Shown in pieces: positions 23,410-34,114 of a stretch of 64,000 nt of DNA (the first letter of the stretch is position 1; each line of letters starts with the position of its first letter). The notes under the pieces were generated by a model, which was given only the letters and a program-made list of their open reading frames with translations, ran no database searches and was not told where the DNA came from. Source of the stretch: an uncultured Planctomycetota bacterium (GTDB lineage Bacteria > Planctomycetota > Planctomycetia > Isosphaerales > Isosphaeraceae); NCBI GenBank assembly GCA_963737655.1, contig CAVTTN010000002.1:5632001-5696000 (forward strand), written 5' to 3'. The translations under genes and the position numbers were made by a program.

Positions 23410-24246
23410 CTACTGCTCCTTCGGGAACCGCTTGACCAGGGTGACCTCGTTGCCCTTGTCGTTGTAGCGGAAATCATCGACGAGGCCCTTGGCGAGCATG
23501 ATCCCGAAGCCTCCTTCGCGGAGGCCCAGCTCATTGCGGATGTCCAGGTGGGCGATCGGGTCCTCGTCGTTGGCGGCGTGGGGGAGCGTGGCCGGGTTGA
23601 AGCCGGGGCCCTGGTCCTTGATGATCAGGACCACCGAATCGGAGGCGATCCGATAGGTGATCCTCAGGGGCAGGTCGGCGTTCTTGCGGTGGCCCCACTC
23701 GATGGCGTTGCCGCCCATCTCCAGGACGGCCTGGCGGAGGTCCTTGACCTGCCTCTCGGTCAGCGGCGTGTGGGCGTAGAGGTCGCTGAGCATGTCGTTG
23801 ACCTGCTGGAGGTACGCCAGCTCGCTCCTCAGGTCGAAGTGGATCTCGCCGGTGGTGCCGTGGGTCTCGTGCTCGGTCCGCCAGCCCAGGGCCGAGTCGA
23901 TCGCCTCAAAAAGCTGCGCCGGCGTGAACGGCTTGGGCAAATAGCCGTTGGCCCCGACGCGGATGCCCCGGACCCGATTCTCCGAGTCGTTCAGCGCGGT
24001 GACCATCAGCACCGGGATCAGGTTCGTCTCGCGGGTCTTCTTCAACTGCTCGCAGACGGCGAAGCCATCGACGTCCGGCATCATGATGTCCAGGAGGACG
24101 AGGTCGGGCGCCTTCTGGCGGACGAGGTCCAGCACGGGCCCTCCGGAGAAGACCTGGACCGGCTCGAAGCCGCGGGCCTGGACGAGCCCCGCCAGGAGGT
24201 CGTTGGTGTCGCGCTCGTCGTCCACGATCATCACGGTGCGCGCCAT
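23410..24246 (-). CDS. Response regulator fused to an RsbW-like HATPase_c (anti-sigma kinase) domain
   Basis: IVDDE, LLDIMMP, VTAL, YLPKPF receiver; EMGGNAIEWG, IKDQGPGF, GGFGIML, GNEV kinase motifs. Confidence 0.85.
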   Translation of the reverse strand: MARTVMIVDDERDTNDLLAGLVQARGFEPVQVFSGGPVLDLVRQKAPDLVLLDIMMPDVDGFAVCEQLKKTRETNLIPVLMVTALNDSENRVRGIRVGANGYLPKPFTPAQLFEAIDSALGWRTEHETHGTTGEIHFDLRSELAYLQQVNDMLSDLYAHTPLTERQVKDLRQAVLEMGGNAIEWGHRKNADLPLRITYRIASDSVVLIIKDQGPGFNPATLPHAANDEDPIAHLDIRNELGLREGGFGIMLAKGLVDDFRYNDKGNEVTLVKRFPKEQ

Positions 24247-24670
24247 CGACAAGGCCCCGGGGGACTGAACCGGCCGCGTCGCTCGCTCGCTCGGTGTCTG
24301 CGCTGGCTGATCCGGGGATTGTCCCGCGCCCGGGCCTGCGAAGCAAGCCACCGGAATCCCGGCGGATCGAAGCCGCTCGATCGGCCTCGCCGGACCTCGG
24401 CGATCGGCGGGTTTCCTCGACGGCCATCGGCCGATCGGCCCCGGATCGCGGGGCGATCGGAGGCCGACGCGCCGGACCGGGGGGAGCCGCCCCGATCGGC
24501 CCGGTCGCCTTCGGGCTTTCGGGAAGCCGGGCCCTTGCGGGCCCATGACTCCATGCGGCAGAATACGGACGGCCGGACGGGTCGCCTCCTCCCGATGAGA
24601 GGGGCCCGTGCGGCCGGCCCTTCCTTTCGATCCGTCCCCGGACCCGCCGCCCCCGCGTGGAACCTCGTCG

Positions 24671-25384
24671 ATGGAAAAGAAACCGCCCAGCGGGATGAAC
24701 ATCCCGAAGATCATTGACACCTTCGGCTACGTCATCTACGGAGCCCTGGCCTTGCTGGCCATCTGGGGTGTGTACAACTCGGTCCTGCTGTACCGGAACC
24801 TGGGGAAGAAGGGTCTCAAGAATGACGAGGCCGCCAGCCTGATCGGCCAGATCCGCGAGCTGACGTCCAAGAACCGCTTCCAGGAGGCCATCGAGGCGTG
24901 CTCGGGCCCGCACTACTGGCACTCCGCCCTGGCCCAATTGATCGCCGTGGCCCTGCGGGTCCGCGACAAGGGGCTGGCGAAGGTCAAGCAGGTCCTCGTG
25001 ATGGAGTTCCACACCGAGGTCATCGCGGCGATGGAGAACCGCCTGGCGTCGATCTCCACGATCGTCCGCATGGGCCCCCTGCTCGGGCTGCTCGGCACGG
25101 TCGCTTCCATGATCGGGGCGTTCGGCCGGATCGGCGGCGGCGAGAAGGTCGACCCCAAGGCCCTCGCCGCCGACATCTCGCTGGCCTTGTGGGCCACCGG
25201 CTCCGGCCTGCTGATCGCCACCCCGATGATGATCGTCGGCAACGACATCCACGCCAAGCTCCGGCACCTCCGAGACATGACCGAACGCCAGCTCGGCGAC
25301 TTCATGGAACTCCTCGAACAGATCGAGGCCCAGGGCGGGCGCGCCTCGGCCCGGCCGGAGAAATCGCGGGCGGTGCTTCGGTGA
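24671..25384 (+). CDS. exbB: MotA/TolQ/ExbB proton channel family protein
   Basis: GPLLGLLGTVASMIGAF and ISLALWATGSGLLIATP TM motifs. Confidence 0.9.
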   Translation: MEKKPPSGMNIPKIIDTFGYVIYGALALLAIWGVYNSVLLYRNLGKKGLKNDEAASLIGQIRELTSKNRFQEAIEACSGPHYWHSALAQLIAVALRVRDKGLAKVKQVLVMEFHTEVIAAMENRLASISTIVRMGPLLGLLGTVASMIGAFGRIGGGEKVDPKALAADISLALWATGSGLLIATPMMIVGNDIHAKLRHLRDMTERQLGDFMELLEQIEAQGGRASARPEKSRAVLR

Positions 25385-25510
25385 GTTGTCAGTTGTCAGT
25401 TGTCAGTTGTCAGTTGTCAGTTGTCAGTTGTCAGTTGTCAGTTGTCAGTTGTCAGTTGTCAGTTGTCAGTTGTCAGTTGTCAGTTGTCAGTTGTCAGTTG
25501 TCAGTTGTCA
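25385..25510 (+). repeat. Tandem heptamer array (GTTGTCA)18
   Basis: 126 bp, 18 perfect units, starting on the base after the exbB TGA. Confidence 0.97.
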
Positions 25511-25544
25511 TGGGGGGCGGTCGGCTTGGTCCTGGCCTGACATT

Positions 25545-25925
25545 ATGCAAGATTTCCGCGATTTGAATGTCTGGCAGAAGGCCCACCGCCTCACCCTTGC
25601 TGTTTATGAGATCACCGGGCGATTCCCTCGCGAGGAACGCTTCGGTCTGGCGAGTCAGATGCGCCGAGCTTCGACTTCGATACCTTCGAACATCGCGGAA
25701 GGTTGCGGGCGTGGCACCGGAGCGGATTTTGGTCGATTCCTTCAGATCGCGATGGGTTCCGCCTGCGAGTTAGAGTACCAGGCACTCCTCGCATTCGACC
25801 TGGGGATGATCGAGAGCGATGCCTATCAAGTCGTTCAGCGGCTTCTCGCGGAAATCAAGCGAATGCTCGTGTCGCTCATCCAAAGGGTGAAGACAGGTTT
25901 CAGAAACAAACATTTGGAATCCTGA
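25545..25925 (+). CDS. Four-helix-bundle protein (23S rRNA intervening-sequence protein / bAvd-like family)
   Basis: FRDLNVWQKAH..L..VY..T..FPREERFGLASQMRRASTSIPSNIAEG.GR....F.RFL.IA.GS..ELEYQ; visibly AT-richer than its flanks. Confidence 0.93.
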   Translation: MQDFRDLNVWQKAHRLTLAVYEITGRFPREERFGLASQMRRASTSIPSNIAEGCGRGTGADFGRFLQIAMGSACELEYQALLAFDLGMIESDAYQVVQRLLAEIKRMLVSLIQRVKTGFRNKHLES

Positions 25926-25977
25926 GACTGAAACGGGCCCTTCGTCGACTCTTGCAAGAGGGAACCGAGAAATTCCT

Positions 25978-26068
25978 AACTGACAACTGACAACTGACAA
26001 CTGACAACTGACAACTGACAACTGACAACTGACAACTGACAACTGACAACTGACAACTGACAACTGAC
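25978..26068 (-). repeat. Tandem heptamer array (AACTGAC)13, reverse complement of the 25385 array
   Basis: 91 bp, 13 units; ends 18 bp before the exbD ATG. Confidence 0.97.
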
Positions 26069-26086
26069 GAGCCCGCGAGGCATCCG

Positions 26087-26515
26087 ATGCTATTCCAACG
26101 CCAGGCCAGCGAAGAACGCGACGAACATATCGACTTGACGCCGATGGTCGATGTCGTGTTCCAGCTCATGACGTTCATGCTCTTCTCGATCCAGTTGACC
26201 GGCAGCGAGCTGAACGTCCCGCCGGCGAAGCATGGGGTGGGCCTGACCGACGAGGGCACTCAGCAGGTCTGGTTGATGCGGCCGACGGTCCCGGGGGGCG
26301 AGTCGCGGTTGATCGTCGGCGACGCCCCGGACGGCCCCAGCATCACCCAGGACCAGTTGAAGAAGGCGATTGCCGCCGGAGTGGCCCAGGGCCTCAAGAA
26401 CGTCGTCCTCCAAGCCGACGGCGACGTCCCCCACGGCGACGTCCTCAAGACGCTCTCGACCATCAAGGAAGTCGAGAACGTCTCGGCCAGCATCGGCGTC
26501 CAGGAGCCGGATTGA
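26087..26515 (+). CDS. exbD: ExbD/TolR family protein
   Basis: IDLTPMVDVVFQLMTFML; VVLQADGDVPHGDV. Confidence 0.88.
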   Translation: MLFQRQASEERDEHIDLTPMVDVVFQLMTFMLFSIQLTGSELNVPPAKHGVGLTDEGTQQVWLMRPTVPGGESRLIVGDAPDGPSITQDQLKKAIAAGVAQGLKNVVLQADGDVPHGDVLKTLSTIKEVENVSASIGVQEPD

Positions 26516-26577
26516 TCCGCGTCATCCGATCCCCAGACCATTGACCACCGATCACCGATAACTTCAGGACCCTCGCC

Positions 26578-27656
26578 GTGGCCAACTGGGACATCTTCCA
26601 CAGCGACCGGCTCGAAGTGGAGCGGAACCTGAGCTCCGAGCAGGTCCGCGACGGCCAGTCCCGGGCGCGATCCGCCCGGACGACCTCGCCCGGCCCGCCG
26701 GGACGCAGGACCCCTGGGTCCGCCTCTCCGAGATCGCCGACCTCGACGCGATGGCCGAGGCCGAGGCGCCGGCCTCGGCCGAGGCGGCGCGGTCGGTCCA
26801 TGACCAGAGCGGCGAGGACGTCGTCGAGATCGACGACCTCAGCGCGTTCCTCATCGACGACGAGCAAGGCGAGGCCGCCCCGCTCGTCCCGCCGAAGAAG
26901 CCCTCGGCCGGCGGCGTCCCCCTGCCCTCCGGCGTCCGCAAGGGCACCACCGAGGACGTCGATCCGACCGGCTTCCCCGACAGCTACGACCGCGACCTCG
27001 ACCTCGACTTCCGATCCGACGCCGCCAAGGTCAACCTCGACGGCGACAACGGCGACGAGGACGAGTACGACCCCGGCGCCGAGGACGAGGAGGCCGCCGA
27101 GTTCACCTTCACCCGAGGCGGGGCCGAGACCGTCGAGGAGTTGGACCTCGCCGCCATGGTCGACGTCGCCTTCCAGCTCGTCCTCTTCTTCCTCGTCACG
27201 GCCTCCACCGTCGTCTTCAAGACCCTGGAGGTCCCCAGGCCCAATCCCGAGGAGAAGGAGAAGGGGACCTCGGTCCAGAGCAGCAACAGCACCAAGACGA
27301 TCGACGACATGGCCAAGGACAACATCCTGGTGGACATCTCCCCCACCGGCGAGGTGAAGGTCAATCGCGAGAACGCCCCGAACGACTTCAACGGCCTGGT
27401 CGCGCGCCTCAAGAAGATCAAGACCGACACCGGGATGACCGGCATGCTCCTGACGGCCGACCCCACCACGGCCCACAAGCACTCCGTCCTCGCGTATGAC
27501 GCCGCCAACGAGCTGGCCCTCCGCATCACCCTCGCCCAGGTCAAGTCCAAGGCCGCCGACAAGTCGGCCGTCCCCCCCGGCGCCGCAGAAGGGGAAGTGA
27601 GCGAAGATCGATCCGCCCCGCCCGCCGACGGCGCGGATCGGATCGTGTTCTCCTGA
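26578..27656 (+). CDS. ExbD/TolR family protein with N-terminal GYF_2-like domain and acidic linker (frameshift near 26665)
   Basis: MANWDIFHSDRLEVERNLSSEQVRD../RGAIRPDDLARPAGTQDPWVRLSEI; LDLAAMVDVAFQLVLFFLVT; LLTADP. Confidence 0.75.
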
Positions 27657-27916
27657 GGATCTGCATTCCTCCGCATCTTTCGAGGATCGATCCTCCGCGG
27701 CCCCGAATCGAGCCCGACCATCGCCGCCGATCTCCCGTAAAGAGAACGGCCCGGCGCGTCCGAGGCGCTTGACTTGCCCACCGGGGCGCGTCAGCCTGGG
27801 ACGTCTCCGGGGACCGTGCGCCGAGGCCCCCACTCACTCGGCCGGGTCGGACCGTCCCTCACGCCTCGCCCTCGCCCTCGTCTCGCCTTGATTCCGAGCA
27901 CCGGGAGCCCGCCTCG

Positions 27917-28970
<1,054 letters not shown>

Positions 28971-29002
28971 CCGCTCCGGCCAGTCGAGGAGGCGGAACGA
29001 CG

Positions 29003-29278
29003 ATGGTCAACCTGGAATCGCTCGACGTCTCCCGGGTCCGCGGCCTCCGCGCGAGGCCGGCTTGCGGGTTGGAGAGCCTCCCCATCGTCCTGGTCATCGG
29101 CCAGGACTGCGAACCCGCGATCCGCCCCCTCTTCGACGCGGATCGGCCCGGCGTGATCCCCGGGCCGGAGATGGTCTTCAGCGACTTCGAAGGGGCCTGG
29201 GACGCCCTCCAGGTGGAGATGGCCGAACTCGACGCTCGCCTCTGGGGCAAGGCGAAGAAGGAGAGGAGGCCCGCATGA
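29003..29278 (+). CDS. Small hypothetical protein
   Basis: GAGGAGG SD upstream; ATGA-coupled to the next gene. Confidence 0.5.
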   Translation: MVNLESLDVSRVRGLRARPACGLESLPIVLVIGQDCEPAIRPLFDADRPGVIPGPEMVFSDFEGAWDALQVEMAELDARLWGKAKKERRPA

Positions 29279-30894
29279 CCCCCGAGACGTCGAGCACCGC
29301 CGGGCTCCCGCCGACGAAGCCCGCATCCCGGCTCCGCCTCCAGGTGAGGCTGCCGATGCTGATGGTCCTCGTCGCCGGCGCGGCGGCGATCCTCGGGGCA
29401 TGGCGGTTCCGCACCGAGAATGGCGACGCATCTCGCTCGTTCGCGACGATCCAGGTCGGTGAGCTCTCGGGGGGGGAGGCCCCGGCCCGGCGATCGGCGG
29501 CGGAAATGCTCTCGGCGGCACCTCCCGAGGCGTTGGAGCAGATCCTCCCTCCTCTCCTGGCGGCCCTCCGCGACCCGGATGAGGGGGTCCGCGCCTCGGC
29601 GGCGAAGTCGGTCGGGGCGCTCCTCGCAGATTGCGGGCAGAAGCGGAACGGTCAGATCGCCCCGGCCATCGAGGCGGCCACTCCGGCCCTGCTCTCGGCC
29701 CTCGGAGATCCTTCGGCCCCGGTCCGGGCGGAGGCGGCGGAGGCCCTGGGCCGCCTGAAAGGGTCGGTGTCGATCCCGAAAGGCACGCCCGTCGAATTCG
29801 GCCCGGACCCCGGGCGCGTGATCCCCGCGCTGGTGAACGCGACGAAGGACCCTGACGCGAAGGTTCGGGCCGGGGCGGTCGCCTCTCTCGGCCGGATCGC
29901 CCCGCTTTCCGGACCCGTTCCCCCGGCGTTGCTCCGGGCGGTCGATGACCCGGATACAACGGTCCGAGTCCTGGCGATCAGAGCTTCGCTCCGGGCCTGG
30001 TCCGACGCGAGGGCCCTGTGGGTCCCGATGGTCCACCGGCTCGCGCGGGCAGGCCCCGAGGAACGCTCGGCGATCGCTTGGGCCCTCCCGAATCTCGGGA
30101 CCCCGCCGGTCGAACTCGTGCCCGAACTCGTCCGAGCCCTGAAGACCGAGGACTTCGCGTCCAGCCAGACGATCCCGATCGTCCTCGGCCGTCTCGGTCG
30201 GCAGTCCGCGCCGGTCCTCCCGGACCTCCTCCCGGTCGCCCTCGGGGAACTCCAGCGGGGAGATCGAATGGACGCCATCGAAGCGATGGTTGCGATCGAT
30301 CCGGATTCGCCCGAAGCCCAGTCGCTCCTCCCCCTCCTCGTGGCCCGGCTGAAGCGGGGCGAGAGACCGAGAGGTCCGGGGGCAGTCGATCGGCCCACTT
30401 ATACCCAGATAGGGATCGCGAAGTGCCTCGCCGCCTATGGGCCGTCCGCGGCGCCGATCGCCTGGGACCTTGCCTCGGTCTATCGTTCGCTGCCTCCTGG
30501 GCATCGAAGGCTCGCGCTACCTCCCCTCGCGAAGATGGGCCGGGCCGCGCGGCCCGCCCTGCCGATCCTCGCCGACGCGGCGCGCGAGGAGCTGAAGACC
30601 GGGACATGGTCCGAGGCCGTCGAGACGATCCTCACCATCAACCCGGCCTCGGACGCCGCGCTCTCCCTGCTCGTCCCGCTGGCGGCGGCGAAGCACCGGC
30701 CCGGTCGTATTGGGGCTTCCGCCGACTGGGCCCTCAATCAGATCGTCCCCCACAGCAAACCAGCCATGCCGGCCCTTCGAACCCTCGAAAAGACCGGCTC
30801 CCCCGAGGAGCGAGCCCTCGCCGCCGAAGTCCTCAAGCGGATCGAGTCCCAGGATGCCCCTCCCGAGGATCTGCCCGACTCGGAGCCCCGCTGA
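29275..30894 (+). CDS. HEAT-repeat protein with N-terminal TM
   Basis: Repeated [21 protein letters not shown] / [18 protein letters not shown] / [18 protein letters not shown] units. Confidence 0.82.
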   Translation: MTPETSSTAGLPPTKPASRLRLQVRLPMLMVLVAGAAAILGAWRFRTENGDASRSFATIQVGELSGGEAPARRSAAEMLSAAPPEALEQILPPLLAALRDPDEGVRASAAKSVGALLADCGQKRNGQIAPAIEAATPALLSALGDPSAPVRAEAAEALGRLKGSVSIPKGTPVEFGPDPGRVIPALVNATKDPDAKVRAGAVASLGRIAPLSGPVPPALLRAVDDPDTTVRVLAIRASLRAWSDARALWVPMVHRLARAGPEERSAIAWALPNLGTPPVELVPELVRALKTEDFASSQTIPIVLGRLGRQSAPVLPDLLPVALGELQRGDRMDAIEAMVAIDPDSPEAQSLLPLLVARLKRGERPRGPGAVDRPTYTQIGIAKCLAAYGPSAAPIAWDLASVYRSLPPGHRRLALPPLAKMGRAARPALPILADAAREELKTGTWSEAVETILTINPASDAALSLLVPLAAAKHRPGRIGASADWALNQIVPHSKPAMPALRTLEKTGSPEERALAAEVLKRIESQDAPPEDLPDSEPR

Positions 30895-30911
30895 ACCCGA
30901 CGGAACCTTCC

Positions 30912-31826
30912 ATGCCCGCCGAATCCGCCTCCTCGATGCCCCTGGACCCCTCCGCCGTCGCCAAATTCGGGCGGTTGGAGTTGCTGGCTCGTCTGGTCGT
31001 GGAAGGGGTGATGTCGGGCTTGCATAAGAGTCCCTTCAAGGGATTCTCCGTCGAGTTCGCCGAGCATCGCCAGTATGGGCCCGGCGACGAGATCCGCCAC
31101 ATCGACTGGCGGACTTTCGGCAAGACCGATCGCTATTTCGTCAAGGAATATGAGGAAGAGACCAACCTCAAGGCGTACCTCGTGGTCGATACGTCGGGGA
31201 GCATGGCGTATTCGGGGCGGACCGCGTCGAAATTCGAATATGCTCGCCAGCTCGCAGCCTCGCTCGCCTATTTGATGATCCATCAGCGAGACGCCGTGGG
31301 GCTCGTCACGTTCGACACGGCCATCCGGGCGATGCTGCCCGCGAGGTCGTCGCCGGGGCATTTCTCGGTGGTCTGCAAGGCCCTCGAAGAGGCGAAAATC
31401 GGCGGGGAGACGCCGCTTTCGGGCATCCTCCATGCTTTGGCCGAGCGGGTCCGGCGGCGGGGGCTGATCGTGGTCCTCTCCGATGGGTTCGACAAGCTCG
31501 ACGACCTCGCCTCGGCCCTGGGGCACCTGCGGCATCGCCGTCATGAGGTGCTCTTCATGCAGATTCTGGCGCCCGAGGAGGAGGAATTCCCGTTCCGGTC
31601 GCCCACCCGGTTCCGCAACCTCGAAGACGCCTCGAACCTGCTGAGGATCGACCCGGCGGCGCTCCGGGCGACGTACTTGCAACGGTTCTCGGCGCACTGC
31701 GAGGGACTGAAGGAGGCGGCGCTGGGGATGGACGCGGACTATCATCGGGTCAGCACGGCGACGCCCCCCGAGCGGGCCTTGCTCGACTACCTCGCGATGC
31801 GGTCCGGCCGCCGGGGAGGCCGCTGA
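30912..31826 (+). CDS. DUF58 (vWA-like) protein, MoxR partner
   Basis: GLHKSPFKGFSVEFAEHRQYGPGDEIRHIDW, VKEYEEE, VDTSGSM, VLSDG. Confidence 0.9.
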   Translation: MPAESASSMPLDPSAVAKFGRLELLARLVVEGVMSGLHKSPFKGFSVEFAEHRQYGPGDEIRHIDWRTFGKTDRYFVKEYEEETNLKAYLVVDTSGSMAYSGRTASKFEYARQLAASLAYLMIHQRDAVGLVTFDTAIRAMLPARSSPGHFSVVCKALEEAKIGGETPLSGILHALAERVRRRGLIVVLSDGFDKLDDLASALGHLRHRRHEVLFMQILAPEEEEFPFRSPTRFRNLEDASNLLRIDPAALRATYLQRFSAHCEGLKEAALGMDADYHRVSTATPPERALLDYLAMRSGRRGGR

Positions 31827-34057
31827 TGGGCTGGGCGTTCGCCGCTCCGTGGATGCTCTGGGGGCTGCTCGGCGTGAGCATCCCCGTGATCGTTCACTTG
31901 CTCAATCGACGGAGGACCGTGACCGTCGATTGGGGGGCCATGCAGTTCCTCGACGTCGGCCGGAGGGCCCGGCGGAAGCTGCAAATCACCGAATTGCTGC
32001 TGATGGCGGGCCGGATGCTCCTGCTCGCCGTCGTGGCCCTGGCCGTGGCCCGGCCGTTGTGGGAACCGAAGGCGGCCAGGGGGGGCGCGGCGGCGGCCCT
32101 GGTCGTGGGTCGCGAGCCGAGGGATTATGTCTTCATCCTGGACGGCTCGGAGAGCATGGATCGGAACCTCGGCGGGGCGTCGCCGCGATCGCTGGCCCTG
32201 GAGTGGGCGAAGCGGTTCGTCGCCACGCTCGGGCCCGAGGACTCGGTCGGCGTGATCGTGGCGAAGGACCGCGTCCGCCCCCTGTTCGAAGGGGCTCAGC
32301 CACGACCGATCGCGGGTCGAGAAGGCCCTGGACTCGGCCCCCCCGAGCCGGGGGTCGAGCGACCTGCCCGCCGCCCTGGCCGAGGCGTTCCGCCTCCTGA
32401 AATCGGGGACGAATTCCGCCTCGGAAGTGATCGTCATGACCGACGGCCAGAGGGTGCCGTGGAGGGCCGGCGAGCCGTCGCGATGGGGCCTCTTGCGAGA
32501 CCTCCGGGCGGGCCTGAAGGGCCGGGCCCGAGGCTCTGGGCCATCCCGTTCGGCTCGGGCCGGGCGTCCGAGGGGGCCGACGCCTCGGTCGCCCCTCTGG
32601 AGCTGGCCAGGGGCGTTTTCCCCCCGGGCGGGTCGATCGCGGTGACGACCCACGTGGCCAACGCCGGGCCGGGGCCGACGACGCGATCGGCCGAGCTCCT
32701 GGTGGATGGGTCCCCGGTGGCCGGGGCGATCAGGAGCGTCGGGCCGATCCCTCCGGGCGGCAAGGTGCCCCTGGAATTCCGGGCGACGATCGCCGACCCC
32801 GGCTCGCATTTGCTGACGGTCCGGCTCTCGGGCGGCGATGACCCGCTCGCCGCCAACGACCAGGCCGAGAGGCCCGTCGAGGTGGCCGAGGCCCTGCCCG
32901 TCCTGATCGTCGACGGCGAGCCGGGCGTCGAGCCGCTCAGCGGAGAGTCGGACTTCCTCCGCGCCGCGCTCGCGCCGGCCGAGGACGAGGCGCCGGCCGT
33001 CCGCGCCCGGGTGGTCAAGCCGCCCGAATTCTCGGCCGAGTCCCTGAGAAATCAACGGGTTCTCGTCCTGGCGAACGTCGATCGCCTCGACCCGGCGCAG
33101 GATGCCGCGATCCGCGAGTTCCTCGCCTCGGGCGGCGGCGTCCTCGTGGCGCCCGGCGATCGCACGGATGACGATTTCTGGAATCGCACATTCTTCGACG
33201 ACGGCAAGGGCTGGATGCCCGCGAAGCTCGGCGAGGTGAAGGGGGATTTCGCGGCGAGGAAGACCGTGGCGCACCCCTCGCCCCGGACGTTCACCGGCCC
33301 CGCGCTCGGGCCGTTCTCCGGCGGGGACGCCCCCCCTCTGGGCGAGGCGGACCTGTTCGGCTATCGCGCCTTGATCCCCGCCGAGAACCCGGCGGCGGCG
33401 ACCATCGCCCGGCTCGACACCGGCGACCCGTGGGCCGTCGAGAGGCCGTGGCGATCGGGCCGGGTGATCGTTTTGGCGGGGCCCCTCGACGCCGAGGGCG
33501 GCACCCTGCCGGTCAACCCGGACTTCGTCCCGCTGGTTCATGAACTCGTGTATCGACTCGCCGACCCATCCGCCGACGCCCGGCCGTCTCGTCCCGGGGA
33601 GCCGATCCGGTTCGACCTGCCGAGGCCGCCGGGGGCCGAGGTGAACGACATCGCCGTGACCCTGCCGGGGGGCGAGAAATCGCGGGCCGCGATCGTCCGC
33701 ACCGGCGGCAAGGCCCGGGTCGAATTCGCCGACCCGGGGGAGCCGGGGATCTATCGGTTCGCCCTGCCCGGGGGGGGCGCGAAGCTCGCGGCGGTGGCCG
33801 GCGACGACCGCGAGGGCAACCCCGAGCCCCTGGCCGAGGTGGAGGCCCGCGCCCTGTCCGAAGGCTGGCCGCTGACGATCTCCGCCGACCCCGGCGCGGT
33901 CGAGGACCGGCTCTCGTCGTCCGGCCCGGCGGGCCCGCGGCCCCTGTGGAGGGGGCTGGTCCTGGCGGCGCTCGGCGGATTATGTTTGGAGGTCTGGATG
34001 ACGCGGCGGATGGTCGTCCAAAGGGGGGTGGTCGCGCCCCCGGAGGGGGACGTATGA
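31826..34057 (+). CDS. BatA-domain/vWA protein with CARDB-like domain and C-terminal TM (compensating frameshifts ~32290 and ~32525)
   Basis: IPVIVHLLNRRR...WGAMQFL (BatA) and LDGSESM MIDAS. The true middle segment (SDLPAALAEA...IVMTDGQ) lies in another frame. Confidence 0.82.
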   Translation: MGWAFAAPWMLWGLLGVSIPVIVHLLNRRRTVTVDWGAMQFLDVGRRARRKLQITELLLMAGRMLLLAVVALAVARPLWEPKAARGGAAAALVVGREPRDYVFILDGSESMDRNLGGASPRSLALEWAKRFVATLGPEDSVGVIVAKDRVRPLFEGAQPRPIAGREGPGLGPPEPGVERPARRPGRGVPPPEIGDEFRLGSDRHDRRPEGAVEGRRAVAMGPLARPPGGPEGPGPRLWAIPFGSGRASEGADASVAPLELARGVFPPGGSIAVTTHVANAGPGPTTRSAELLVDGSPVAGAIRSVGPIPPGGKVPLEFRATIADPGSHLLTVRLSGGDDPLAANDQAERPVEVAEALPVLIVDGEPGVEPLSGESDFLRAALAPAEDEAPAVRARVVKPPEFSAESLRNQRVLVLANVDRLDPAQDAAIREFLASGGGVLVAPGDRTDDDFWNRTFFDDGKGWMPAKLGEVKGDFAARKTVAHPSPRTFTGPALGPFSGGDAPPLGEADLFGYRALIPAENPAAATIARLDTGDPWAVERPWRSGRVIVLAGPLDAEGGTLPVNPDFVPLVHELVYRLADPSADARPSRPGEPIRFDLPRPPGAEVNDIAVTLPGGEKSRAAIVRTGGKARVEFADPGEPGIYRFALPGGGAKLAAVAGDDREGNPEPLAEVEARALSEGWPLTISADPGAVEDRLSSSGPAGPRPLWRGLVLAALGGLCLEVWMTRRMVVQRGVVAPPEGDV

Positions 34058-34114
34058 TGGTCCCTCCCATCGCTCGCGCGGGAGCGATCGCACCCCCCCC
34101 TCGGGAGCCCGGAG

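Noticed and set aside
24250..24670. Dense CGATCG/GATC motifs as a specific regulatory array
   Set aside because: The motif is frequent across the whole window and looks like a genome-wide signature; enrichment cannot be quantified here.
25385..26068. Heptamer arrays as a CRISPR array, or the locus as a DGR
   Set aside because: There are no spacers or cas genes, and no reverse transcriptase or TR/VR pair despite the Avd-like fold.
25770..26259. Minus-strand ORFs encoding (LSVVSCQ)n
   Set aside because: These are by-products of a stop-free 7-mer repeat with no other coding signal.
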